Shown here: positions 29,418-41,748 of the stretch, in pieces
How the letters are laid out: the number at the start of each line of letters is the position of its first letter
How positions within the stretch are numbered: the stretch's first letter is position 1
Assembly: GCF_964213995.1 (NCBI RefSeq)
Contig: NC_135801.1
Coordinates: 175,894,001-175,958,000 of the forward strand
DNA: 64,000 nt
Reading direction: 5' to 3'
Origin: Mustelus asterias
Taxonomy: Eukaryota
The notes under the pieces: model-generated
Database searches by the model: none
Told to the model about the DNA's origin: nothing
What the model saw: only the letters and a program-made list of their open reading frames with translations
Translations under genes and position numbers: made by a program

Positions 29418-31249
29418 ATCGTGATAACTAATCGTACAATGAGGAATAGTGAAGTATGGTGGGGTATGAGATTAAAGAGCTAAAGGGGAGTGTGATTAAG
29501 ACTTAACAGGCAGCACACAAGGAAATACTAAAAGCTTCATGTTTGGAAAGAGGGTAGAACAAGTGAGAGATGAGTGGGAATGTGATTTTGGAGCATGGAG
29601 TTGTGGTGATGGTATGAAATAAGCATTTTGTATCATGTTTTACGAATGATGGAGGATGTGAGGGTGTAGTTGCGCGGGGGAAGGTATGAAATAGTTCAAA
29701 TAATAGCAGAAGAAAAAAGAAAAAAACAGTAAAATTTAAGATGGATGAATCCAAATCCACACTGATGAAGGAACTCAGACAGGAATGGCAGAGACATTGG
29801 TCACGTTTTACTTAAATATCAAATTGTGTATTGCAAAGGTTCTTTAACCCAGAGGTGCGAGTGGTTCTTCTTCCAGTTTAATCTTTGGCAATTGGACCCA
29901 ATTAAGAACTCACCCCTGGGGATCACCATCCAATGGAGAACCGCAGACAGGTTGAGGAGGTGAAGGGCAAATAGGCAGGGACGATTTAAAGAGTGACCAG
30001 GGATTTTAACTGGTTGGAGTGAAGGTGATGCTGAAGAGAGTGAAATGGAAGTGAGATGGGGGGAAAGGGTTGCACCAGCCTTAGCAGAGAGACCCCACCC
30101 TGGTGGGGTGAAGGAAGCAGCGGGGTGAAGGAAGCATATCCAGCTGGCTGAGAGTGAGACTGGGTGGAGGCCAGTGACCAAAAGCCAGCAGGCACGGCTG
30201 GAGTTCAGCAGGAGGTCAGCAGTGTGGTCAGAAGGGTGTGGTCATACCACAAGAGCTTTGATGGGTTTTGAGGTCTGGCAAGGTGAGTGCCCTGCAATGC
30301 TTAGAGGACAGTTATGAATTTGACTCATCCTCTGCACAGAATGGCTGAATGTCACATGTTTGTGGCAATGCAGAGGTATGTGTGCCCAGCTCCTTTCCTC
30401 ATCCATCATGATGGATAAATCTTTTCTATTGTGAGGATGATCGAATTTTTATTTTATTCATTTGTGGAATGCGGGCATCGCTGGTTGGTCAGCATTTATT
30501 GCCCATCCCGAGTTGCCCGAGGGCAGTTGAAAGTCAACAACATTGCTGTGGCTCTGGAGTCACATGTAGGCCAGACCAGGTAAGAACGGCAGATTTCCTT
30601 CCCTAAAGGACATTAGTGAACACCAGGTGGGTTTTTCCGATAATTGGCAATGGTTTCATGGTCATCAGTAGATTCTTAATCTTTAAAATTGAATTCAAAT
30701 TCCACCATCTGCCGTGGCGGGATTCGAACCCAGGTCCCCAGCTGAGTTTCTGGATTAATAGTCGAATGATAATGCCATGAGGCCATCACCTCCCTGGTGT
30801 CAGTGCATCTTAATGCACTCAGTAGGCCCCTCAAATTCATTGTACTCTTGTTCTTCACCATGCAGGGGCAGAGAACGCACAGCATCCAGGAAAGGTGTCA
30901 CACCTGGGGTGGGACCCCCTCACTGGGAATCCTGATGCAAATGGAGGAAGAAGCCATTGAGACTGGCAGGATGGCAGTGAGCCAGGCCACCACCAAGGGT
31001 AAGATGGGGTGGCTACAGTGTGTGGCAGGATGGCAGTGAGGCAGGTAATGACCGAGGGTAAGATGGGGTAGCTACAGAGTGTGGCAGGGTAGTAGAGAGC
31101 CAGGCAACTACAGAGCACGGGTGACAGTATCATGTTTTAACCAGACAATTGAGTTGCATCTTCTCCTTTATCTTTGCAGTTCTATTCATAAATTCACAGT
31201 CGAATATCAGTGAAATGCCAGAAGGTGCAAGAATTGAGAGCTGGCAGCT

Positions 31250-31720
31250 TCACTAATTGAAGTTGACTTGCTCCTACAGGGCATTATCAGAGGTACGGCA
31301 GTAGCCACATAAAGAGGCAATGCAGTTTTTGTAGGGGATGCAGTATTCTGAGTTATTTGAGTTGAATGCACCCTCCACCTGCTCAGATCTGCATGCACAT
31401 TGGTGGGTCCCCAATCATTGATAAAATGGGTGGCACAAGAGGTGAGGAAGGCGTCACATGTGAACAGTAGCACGTGAAGGGGAGTATGTGGGTATGTGTC
31501 AGAGATTTCCTGAGGCCATACACAACCGTGGGCAGAATGTGATGCAGTCACTCCATGCCCTGTGTCAACCAACTTCATGGACAATGATCTGTGGCAGGCC
31601 AAAGAGAAATGCAGGACCAATGCAGTGGCCTTCACCATATGTCTGCAGCTCCAAGCAGTTTGGATCAATCAGTTGCAGTGGTGGCTCAGAAATGTATGGA
31701 GATGCAACCAGGTGCTCTCC
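31250..31720 (-). mobile_element. Highly decayed Harbinger-type transposase remnant
   Basis: Peptides VKATALVLHF, GVTASHSAHGCV..EISDT and QVEGAF loosely resemble the Harbinger motifs VKVTAALNF, GISQSSAHRCI.EVTDAL and VQGAID. Confidence 0.35.
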
Positions 31721-32415
31721 CGCTCCCGGGATGTACAGTAAGTCCTGAAAGGGCAGGGGAAGTCATGGAATGTGGCAATGGGGACTCTCCTCAAGGAACC
31801 CATCTCAAATATTGAAATGATTCAGTCTTTGGATTATGCAGCTGCAGCTTAACACTCATCCCTCCAGAGTGTGATACTGCATCCACAAACCCGCTATATT
31901 AAAATGAAAGTAGACATGTTGGCAGTGGGGTGGGTTTTGCAATGTTTGCTGATTTAACCCCTCCCCCAACCCCCTCTGTTCACGGGTCTTAAAATTCACC
32001 ACTAGCTTTCTAATCAAAGTTACTTTTCCCACTGAGTGTTGACCATGGATAATAGGCCCTGAGCAGAAGTTTTTCCATACTGACATTCCAGTGTAATTCC
32101 GAGGGAGTGCTGCATTGTATATTTTACAATGTGTCATTTGTGCCTCTTGTGCCACCCATTTTATCAATGATTGGGGACCCACCAATGTGCATGCAGATCT
32201 GAGCAGGTGGAGGGTGCATCCAACTCAAATAACTCAGAATACAGCATCCCCTGCAAAGTATTGTCTTTGAGGTGAGATTTAAATGTCTCTCAGGCAAAAT
32301 GTAAAAGATCCCAAGGCACCCATTCAAAGAACAGCAAACAAGTTCTCCCCAGTGCCCTGCCCAAAACTTCTCCCTCATTCAGAATCTAAAAACAGATGAT
32401 CTGGTCATTATCATG

Positions 32416-32722
32416 TTTAAAGTTTATTTATTAGTGTCACAAGTAGACTTACATTAATACTGCAATTAAGCTACTGTGAAAATCACCTAGTCGCCCCACT
32501 CCAGCACTTGTTCAGGGATACTTGAGGGAGAATTTAGCATGGCCAATGCACCTAACGAGCACGTCTTTCAGACTGTGGGAGGAAGCCGGAGCACCCGGAG
32601 GAAACCCACGCAGACACAGGGAGAACGTGCAGACTCCACACAGACTGTGACCTAAGCCGAGAATTGAACCCGGGTCCCTGACATTGTGAGGCAACAGTGC
32701 TAACCACTGTGCCACCGTACCG
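32416..32722 (-). mobile_element. HE1-type SINE, tail B
   Basis: Matches the other copies. Confidence 0.85.
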
Positions 32723-32965
32723 TCCTTGCTGTGTGTGGGAGTTTGCCATGTATAAATTGACTGCTGTGTTCCTACATTGAAACAGTGACTAAAAGTACTT
32801 CACTGACTAAAACAATTTGGGGCACCCTGAGGTCATGAAAGGAGCTAAATAAATGTAAGTTCCATTTTTTATGCTGATTGATCCTTTTAAGAAAGGACAG
32901 CAGGACAGGTAGATAAGGTCACAAGTAGACTTACATTAACACTGCAATGAAGTTACTGTGAAAAT

Positions 32966-33585
32966 CAAAGCAAATGGGAAACTTGCCTTTATTAGCCGAG
33001 GCTTGAATATAAGAGCAGGGAGGATATGGTGGAGCTGTATAAAATGTTCGTTAAGCCACAGCTAGAGTACTGTGTGCAGTTCTGGTCGCTAATCTATAGG
33101 AAGGATGTGATTGCACTAGAAAGGGTGCAGAGGAGATTCAACAGGATGTTGCCTGGGTTGGAGTGTTTCAGCTATCAAGAGAGGCTGGATGTGTTGGGGT
33201 TGTTTTCCTCGGAGCAGAGAAGGCTGAGGGGGAACTGACTGAGGTGTGTAAAATAATGATGGGCTTTGATAGGGTGGATGGGAAGGAACTTTTCCTCCTT
33301 CGCAGAGGGGTTAATAACCAGGGGTCATATATTTAAGTTTATAGGAGATGTGAGGAAAAGGTTTTTCACCCAGAGTATGATGGGAATCTGGAACTCACTG
33401 CCTGAAAGGGTGGTAGAGGCGGGAAGCCTCAAAACATTTAAGAAGTATTTAGATGAGCACTTTAAACGCCATAGCAAACAAGGGAACAGACCAAGTTCTG
33501 GAAAATGGGATTAGACTAGATAGGTGTTTGATAGCCGGTGTGGGCATGATGGGCCAAAGGGCCTCTTTCCGTGATGTAAAACTGA
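32966..33585 (+). mobile_element. Old CR1 3' fragment
   Basis: LYKMFVKPQLEYCVQFWS...QRRLRG. Confidence 0.85.
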
Positions 33586-34519
33586 CTCTATGGGTGGGAT
33601 TTTCCAGCCACGGTGCCCCAAGACCACAAAATCCCACCCAAGTTCAGCGGACCTTTGCATGATCCGTGACCTGCCTGGGTTGAAGATAATAAACAGGATA
33701 TATAGAAATGATCAAATATCTAACTGCTGCTGGGTGTTTGGATGGGTCATCCTGGAATACACTTGGTTAAAGTTCAAAGTTATTTGGTGCAGTGTTGAGT
33801 TACTATCCCAAAAATTAGGTAGATTGCCTTAGGTCAAGGAGAAATTTCAAAGCCTTAAATATTTGGGAATTTTACCTGTGATTATTCAAAACCCTTAAAA
33901 CATTTAATAATCTGATGGGGCCAAGCTTATTGAAAGTTCATGTCATGTCATTTCACTTTCCATTAATGCTGTACTAAATTCTGGGCATTAAAGGCTACTG
34001 TTAAAAAGTTACTGTGGAGTGAGATGTCCTTAGAGCAGCTGTTTTTGACTACACGGTTTTGAAGATCATTTGGAAGCTTTTCTTTCACAATGTTACTGGA
34101 AAGCATTCAGAGCTCCAGTGATAATTGCAGCCTAGTCTTAGTGTTGGTTTGAGGTTGGGGAGATTTGCATGAAATCATCCTAAGACTTGGTGTTACTCTT
34201 TGGTGGGGTTTGTTGGAGTGCATTTTAAAGCAGCAACTTTATCATCTTTTGTTTTCTTCTTTTTATCACTGCTCCTAAATCTACCTTCTCAGGCGCCAAA
34301 GCCGTTCAGGTTTTGAAGCTTTGCACATTGGTTTCACTGCTTCATAACCCCGATTCTTTGCAGATAATGATGTGGTTTGATAAGAAGGTGCTTTTTTTTT
34401 GGCACATTATTTAGAAAGAATTTACAGCAAAAAAAACACAGGCAATTTGGTCTGACTCTTGGGATGGGCAATGAAGGCTGGCTTTGCCAGCCATGCCCAC
34501 AAACCATTAATGTACAAAG

Positions 34520-34815
34520 GGGTGGCATGGGGGCACAGTGGTTAGCACTGCTGCCTCACAGTGCCAGGGACCTGGGTTCAATTCCCAGCTTGGATCACTG
34601 TCTGTGTGGAGTTTGCACATTCTCCCCGTGTCTGCGTGGGTTTCCTCCGGGTGCTCCGGTTTCTTCCCACAGTCTGAAAGATGTGCTGGTTAGATGCATT
34701 GACCCGAACAGGCGCTGGAGTGTGGCGACTAGGGGAATTTCACAGTAACTTCATTGCAGTGTTAATGTAAGCCTTACTTGTACCAATAAATAAACTTGAC
34801 TTTACTTTACTTTCA
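34520..34815 (+). mobile_element. HE1-type SINE, tail B
   Basis: Matches the other copies. Confidence 0.85.
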
Positions 34816-36291
34816 CTTTTAATTCAGGGTTCTTCCCACACTTATACTCCACACGGGACTGTTCCCACCCTATTTCATTGAATCCAAGCAACATGCCAGG
34901 CTGCTCCTTTCTTGCTCATGTACTTACTAGCTTCACCATAAATACAGATATGCTATTCGCCTCAGCGACACTATGTGGCAGTGGGTTCCACGTTCTCACC
35001 ACTCTCTGAATTTTCTCCGAAAGAAATTTCTCTTAAAACCCCATTGGATTGAATAAGAGGCCATAAATGTGAGATTTAACATCCCTCACAAGTGTTGTAG
35101 CATCATTGCAACATGGATGGAAGCCATTCAGCCTGAGTCCGTACAGTCATACAGTACAGGGGCCCTACGGCCCGTCGAGTCTGCATTGACAAAACTACGC
35201 TAAATCTACCCTAATCCCACTTTCCAGCACCTTGAATGTTACCCTGGACTACAGGTGCTTTTACCTTCTTTATCATTATCCCGTGTGGAAGCTTGTCAAA
35301 GGTTTTGCTGAAATCCATTTAAACTACATCAACTGCACTACCCTCATCGACACACAGGATCACCTCCTTGAAAAATTCAATCAAATTTGTTAGGCATGAC
35401 CTCCTTCTGACAAAGCCATGCTGACTATCCCTGGTCACATCTTGCCTCTCCAAGTGAAGATTCATTCCCTCTTCAGAATTTTCTCCAGTAGTTTCCCTAC
35501 CACTGACGTGAGACTCACTGGTCTGTAATTCCCCAGTTTTATCTACCATCCTTCTTGCCCTCCAATTCTCTGGTACCTTCCCTGTGGCCAGAGAGGAATT
35601 AAAAATTTGGATCTGATCTCCTGTAACTTCCTCCCTTGCCTCACACAGCAGCCTGGGATACAACTCATTTGGACCTGGGGATTTATCCACTTTTAAGCCT
35701 GCCAAACCTCCAATACCTTCCTATGTCAAACTGTTCAAGAATCTCCCAGTCCCTCTCCCCAAGTTCTGTACCTACCCCTTCCTTCTTCTGAGTGAAGTCA
35801 GATGTGAAGTACTCATTTAACACCCTACCAATGTCCTGCGGCTCCAGGCACAGATTGCCCCCTTGGTTCCTAATGGGCCTTATTCTTTCCCTGGTTACTC
35901 TCTTTCCCTCAATATACTTATTGAATAGATTGGGATTCTCCCCAATCTTACCCACTTTCTATACTCCACTAAGGCCTCTGCTGATTTGTTCCTTTAGTAC
36001 CTGCTTTTCTTTCTTATCTGGTTCTAAATATTCATAGACATCCAAGGTTCTCTAGGTTTGTTACTCCTACATTTCACTCTACAGGGAACATGTTGGGTCT
36101 TTACTCTCCCCATTTCCTTATTGAATGCTTCCCACTGCTCTGCTGTCGATTTTCCCCACAACAAGCTGTTCCCAGTCTACTTTGGCCAGACCCTGCCTTA
36201 TTTTAATAAAATCTGCCTTCCCGCAATCCAAAACGTTTTTTTGTTGACTCTTGTTTTACTTTTCCATTAGAAACTTACATTATACTGTGTT

Positions 36292-36639
36292 ATAGAAATC
36301 ATAGAAACCCTACAGTACAGAAAGAGGCCATTCGGTCCATCGAGTCTGCACCGACCACAATCCCACCCAGGCCCTACCCCCATATCCCTACACATTTTAC
36401 CCGCTAATCCCTCTAACCTACACATCTCAGGACGCTAAGGGGCAATTTTAGCATGGCCAATCAACCTAACCCGCACATCTTTGGACTGTGGGAGGAAACC
36501 GGAGCACCCGGAGGAAACCCACGCAGACACGAGGAGAATGTGCAAACTCCACACAGACAGTGACCCAAGCCGGGAATCGAACCCAGGTCCCTGGAGCTGT
36601 GAAGCAGCAGTGCTAACCACTGTGCTACCGTGCCGCCCA
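36292..36639 (-). mobile_element. HE1-type SINE, tail A
   Basis: Matches the other copies. Confidence 0.9.
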
Positions 36640-36936
36640 TGGTCGCTATCACTAAAATGCTCCCCCAATGACCTCTCAAACACCTGTCCGGCTTTGTTCC
36701 CCAGAATTAGATCCAGCACTGCACCGACCCTTGTTGGATCTTCTACATATTGAAATAAAAAGCTCTCCTGAGTACATTTCAAGAAATTTACCCCCTCTAA
36801 CACCAGACTATCCCAATTAATGTTGGGGAAGTTGAAATCCCCTAATACAATTACCCTCATCATTATTTTTACAGACCTCAGTAAATTGTCTACATATCTA
36901 CTTCTGTATTGCCCATTGACTGTGCCTATAATTACT

Positions 36937-36985
36937 GCTACCAAATAAACCTGTTGGACTTTAACCTGGTGTTGTGAGACTTCTT
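36937..36985 (+). mobile_element. Penelope-like pLTR fragment
   Basis: CCTATAATTACT duplication (36925-36936 and 36986-36997). Confidence 0.75.
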
Positions 36986-37969
36986 CCTATAATTACTCCC
37001 AGTAATGTGACAGCCCCCTTGATATTCCTGAGCTCTACTCATAAAGTTGCACTTGAAGACTATTCCAAGATATTGTTTCTTCTTAGTGCAGTAACTGACT
37101 CCTTAATTAATAATATAACATCACCTCATCTTTTACACCCTCCCCTGTCACGCCTGAAGATCCTATTGCCCAGAAGGTTGACTTGCTCCCTCAACCATAT
37201 CTCTGTGATGGCAACAATATCACAATTCCACCTGTCAATCCACATCTCTAACTCATCTGTCTTCCTTAATGCTTAATACTAAAACTCCTAGCATTAAAGT
37301 AGAGGCCATCCAGCCTCACCTTACTCCCTTGGAACTCAACATCGTTGAACTCCCTCTGTCTTGGTTCCTTTACTATTGTATGAGGTGTTCCTATTGTCGC
37401 AATGCTCTGTGTCCCCTCCTCCTGCCGAATTTAAACTCCTCCCAACAGCACCAGAAAAGCCACCCATAAGGATGTTGGTCCCATTCTGGTTCAGCTGCAG
37501 ACTATCCCGCTTGTACATGTCCCACCAGAAACTGTCCCAGTTATTCAGGAATCTCCTTCCTGCATCAACTCTTGAGCCACTCATTTATTTGCCCTATTCT
37601 CTTGCACTTGCTAGCACATTACACTGGGAATAATCCAGAGATTACAACCTTTAAAGTCCCGATTTTTAATCTGCTGCCTCGCTCCCTGAACTCTTGATGC
37701 AAGATCTCGTCCTTCATTCTACCTATAACACTGGTACCAACCTGTCCCTTGATCTTTGATTTATCTCCCTCTCCCTTTTGGATACTCTGCCGTGCAGAGG
37801 CGGACTTACAGTGAAACACAGAGTGCTGCAGCTTGGGGCACTGGCCAATGGGGGCACTATACTGAGAGGGCTGTGGGAGCAACAATCAGAGCCTTGTATC
37901 TCTGAATTTGCATGGTTTTCAGGGAACAGCGGGACGACTCGACCAGACGCCAGGGCTGAGAGTGAGAGG

Positions 37970-38152
37970 AACCAAAAGAGAAACTGCTGGAAAATCTCAG
38001 CAGGTTTGGCAGCATCTGTAAGGAGAGAAAAGAACTGACATTTCACGTCCAGGCGACCCTTTGTCAAAGCTCGGGCTGCCAGACCTGCTGAGATTTTCCA
38101 GCATTTTCTCTTTTAGTTTCAGATTCCAGCATCCGCAGTAATTTGCTTTTAT
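37970..38152. mobile_element. Second Penelope-like family, fold-back insertion
   Basis: Inverted arms (TGCTGGAAAATCTCAGCAGG / CCTGCTGAGATTTTCCAGCA); CTGAGAGTGAGAGG duplication (37956-37969 and 38153-38166); degenerate hammerhead-like core. Confidence 0.65.
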
Positions 38153-38815
38153 CTGAGAGTGAGAGGGCTGGGCAGCAACTATACCAGCGAGGGCAAGGCC
38201 ACCGACCGAGGGCAGCCGAGAGCCGAGGCCACGGCTGGCCAGATAAAGCCAGCAACCAGGCAGGAACACACATTGTCGTCGAGGCTTGAGGCCTGGCCAC
38301 CCGAGTGAGAGGTGAGCAGTTTGGAGGTGTGAGGGCCAGGCAGGCATCAGTGTTGTTTTCGGGGAGCAGCCGGCTGACTCGATCAGAGGCCAGGGCTGAG
38401 AGTGAGGAGGGCTGGGCAACTGGACTGGTGGGGGTGAGAGTAGAGGCCAGGCCGGATAGCCAGCAGCAGCAGAGACCAGGCAGCTACCATCTCACTTGCC
38501 AGCTTACATAGAGGGGAGTGCCTGCAGGGGCATCTCGACCCCAAGGCCAGAGATGAGGAGGGCTGGGAAGGTGAGGTCAAGGCCCTCAATGGTGAGCGGG
38601 CCGACACATTACTGCGGGGGGGGGGGGGGGGGGGGGGGGTGGTGACATCACGGGGCCCCTCAAAGAGGGAGAGTGCCAGGCCTCCAAAAGTGTAAGTCCG
38701 CCACCTCTGGTTCAGTGACATCTTTGACCTCGACCCCAGGAAGGTAACACACCATCCTGGAGTCACGTCACGACCGCAGAAATGCTTGCCTAACTAATGA
38801 ATCCCCTATCACTAT

Positions 38816-39520
38816 TGTTAGGATCCTGGACCAGAACCCCAAGGTATGTTATGAAGCCAGACCAGACCCCAACAGTTTTTCTATTTTGGCATAAATGCTT
38901 CACTCCAGGAGTAATTCTACTGACAAATTAGGGATCTTTTATCAAAATAAACTTTATTCATAACATAGTTTAAGTTTAACTCTAACAAAATGAAGCAGCT
39001 TAACTCTTAACAGTTGAACAATCTTTAAACATGAAAAGAAACAACTCTAATTTCGATCTTATCACTATTTCTGTTTGAAATAAGCAACATCCTTCTTACA
39101 AGACTTAAAACCCACTTTAAATATTGTTAGCAATCACTAATATACTTGCTATGATTAGTGTAGACTGCCTTAGGAGTTTTTTGAGAGATATAGACCTTTC
39201 AGAAATCTGCAAAATTCTCTCAAATTTAACCATAACAGCCAAACTCCAATTCCTTTCTGCAAAAGCCTGTTTCTTTTTCTGCTACAGATCCAGGACTGTA
39301 CATAAATCACAGCATGCATGCCGCTGTCAATCACTCTACTCTGAAATCCCAGGGGAACTTAAATAAACAAAAGTCCATTAACTACTCAACGTAACCACTT
39401 GCAAGGTTGAAATGAGTAATTAGTTTGCTCTCCCAGCTGTATTCCTTCCAAACATATTGACTACCTAAAACATAAAATAAGCACAATAAATAAACATATA
39501 GTTTGCAAACTTTCATCACA
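38816..39520. mobile_element. Solo LTR (705 bp)
   Basis: TG...CA termini with a 4-bp CTAT duplication (38812-38815 and 39521-39524). Confidence 0.7.
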
Positions 39521-39551
39521 CTATCACTCTTCCTCCCCTCCTGCACAGCCA

Positions 39552-39785
39552 GGGGATGGGTTAGCTCAGTTGACTGGATACCTGGCTTGTGATGCAGAGC
39601 AATGCCAACAGCGTGGGTTCAATTCCTGTATCGGCTGAGGTTATCCATGAAGGCCCCCCTGCATTCTCAACCCTGCTGCTTGCCCGAGGTGTGGTGACCC
39701 TCGGGTTAAATCACCACCAGTCAGCTCTCCCCCTCAAAGGGGGGAGCAGCCTATGGTCATCTGGGACTATGGTGATTTTACCTTT
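39552..39785 (+). mobile_element. tRNA-derived SINE with TTTACC-type tail
   Basis: A box TAGCTCAGTTG and B box GGTTCAATTCC; ACAGCCA(GG) duplication at 39545 and 39786. Confidence 0.75.
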
Positions 39786-40887
39786 ACAGCCAGGTCACTT
39801 GTCTTGCCAGAAGCTCGGCTCTAACTTCACTCCCTTGAGGAACCAGATTCCTAACTGGAAAACCAATTTGAGAATGGGACCCTGGGGGATTCATGCACTA
39901 CCTGTTTCTCTTGCGCTGCCTGGTGGTCACCCTTCTTTCTTTCAGCCCCTTGAGCTGCGGTGTGATCACCTCTCTAAACGCACCTTCCACAAACTCAGTC
40001 TCGCGGATGCACCACATTGTCTCCAGTCGCTGCTCGAGCTCCGAAACCTGGAGCTCAAGTTTCTGCAGTTGGGAGCACTTCCTGCACATGTGGTCATCTA
40101 GGATGCTGGTAAAGCCCATGACTTCCCACATATGACAGGTCACACATTCCACTTGGCTGATCTCACCTGCCATGTCTGAAACTTAAATGTACTTCGTCTT
40201 TTTCTAACTTTTTCTAATTTCTAACTTTTCTAATGACTTATTCTTAAAATGTACTCCTCTTACCTTAACTTAGTCTCCTTGTCTAATTCTACTTTTGCCT
40301 ACTTATCCTTGTATTACTTATTACAATTACTGATCACTTTATTATGCTGGCTCTGATTTTTACTTGTCCCTGGTGCCTCTCAGTTAATCCCTTAACATTA
40401 CACTTTTCTGATTTACTGCTATTTATGGTCAGACCCATACCAGTCAGCTCTTACATACAAACATCTGGATTGGGGGCAGGAGTAGGCCACTCAGCCCTTC
40501 GTGCCTGTTCTGCCATTTGATGTAGTGAGTGAGCTAATTGTAACCTCAACTCCACATTCCTGTCCCTGATAACCTTTCACCTCCTTGCTCTTCAAAATGT
40601 CCAGATAGATTCATTCATCAAGATCTATCATTTACAAATCCACTCTGGCTCTTTCTGACCAACTAAAAAATTTCAAGACATTTGGCCACTTTTAGTATAG
40701 ACGCCAGTGATTTCCCGAAAGTACAGGCGAAGCTAACTGAAGCTGCTTTCAAAACATAACCTTCACATCAAATTATGTCATCAATTAATGTTAATTTGCA
40801 AAGGATACAGGGGCTAAAGAGCAACATTTTTATCAACAAACATTGACATCTCTTTAAATTTGTACCTTCCCTGTAGACAATATACTG

Positions 40888-41035
40888 TGATGTGGAGTTG
40901 CTGGTGTTGGACTGGAGTGGGCACAACAAGTAGTCTCACAACACCAGGTTAAAGTCCAACAGCAGCGCTCCAAAAGCTTATGCTACCAAATAAACCTGTT
41001 GGACTTTAACCTGGAGTTGTGAGACTACTTATTGT
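40888..41035. mobile_element. Penelope-like fold-back mini-insertion
   Basis: GACAATATACTG duplication (40876-40887 and 41036-41047); inverted arms. Confidence 0.75.
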
Positions 41036-41440
41036 GACAATATACTGACACACAGATGGGAAAAAACATGGTACAAAGCCAGCAAGGTACTGGACAATAG
41101 TAGTGATGAACAATTAAAGAGCTGTCCAGAGGAGGAGAAGCCACAAAGATCGCCATCCTTAATGATGGGAAGACCAGCAAGTCGGTGCAAAAGACATGGT
41201 TGTAACATTTGCAATCATTTTCAGCCAGAACTGCTGAGTGGGTGATCCATCTTACCATCCTCATAAGGTCTGTAGCACCATCTTTGTCCATCTTCAGACA
41301 TTTCGATTCACTCCAATTGGTGTCAAGAAATGACTGAAGGCACTGGACACTGCAAAGGCTATGGGCCCTGAAATGGAGGCTGTGCAGTGCAGTGGTAGCT
41401 CTTCTACCTCTGGACCAGAAACTCTGAGTTCAAGTCCAGA

Positions 41441-41748
41441 TGTGGAGATGCCGGCGTTGGACTGGGGTAAACACAGTAAGAAGTTTAACAACACCAGGTT
41501 AAAGTCCAACAGGTTTATTTGGTAGCAAAAGCCACACAAGCTTTCGGAGCCCCAAGCCCCTTCTTCAGGTGAGTGGAGGTTACCGCAAACTGCCGGCTCC
41601 AAGTGGAGAGGATCTCCAAGAAGATCGCGCATATCGACACAGACCCACTCACCTGAAGAAGGGGCTTGGGGCTCCGAAAGCTTGTGTGGCTTTTGCTACC
41701 AAATAAACCTGTTGGACTTTAACCTGGTGTTGTTAAACTTCTTACTGT
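41441..41748. mobile_element. Penelope-like fold-back insertion with two inverted pLTR copies and hammerhead motifs
   Basis: About 105-bp inverted arms (41472-41576 and 41645-41749); 13-bp duplication GTTCAAGTCCAGA (41428-41440 and 41749-41761). Confidence 0.8.
41645..41689 (+). ncRNA. Minimal type-I hammerhead ribozyme motif (mirror copy at 41532-41576 on the minus strand)
   Basis: CAC-CUGAAGA-AGGGGC UUGGG GCUCC-GAAA-GC-UU-GUG. Confidence 0.6.

Larger units (their letters stand above)
35230..40175 (-). mobile_element. Old CR1 retaining ORF1 (Zn-finger/coiled-coil N-terminus, esterase-like C-terminus) and ORF2 N-half, with several nested insertions
   Basis: MAGEISQVECVTCHMWE..CRKCSQLQKLELQVSELEQRL (39898-40173); FLNNWDSFW..MYKRDSLQLNQNGTNIL (37336-37584); EN and RT fragments at 35319-36944. 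Confidence 0.8.
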
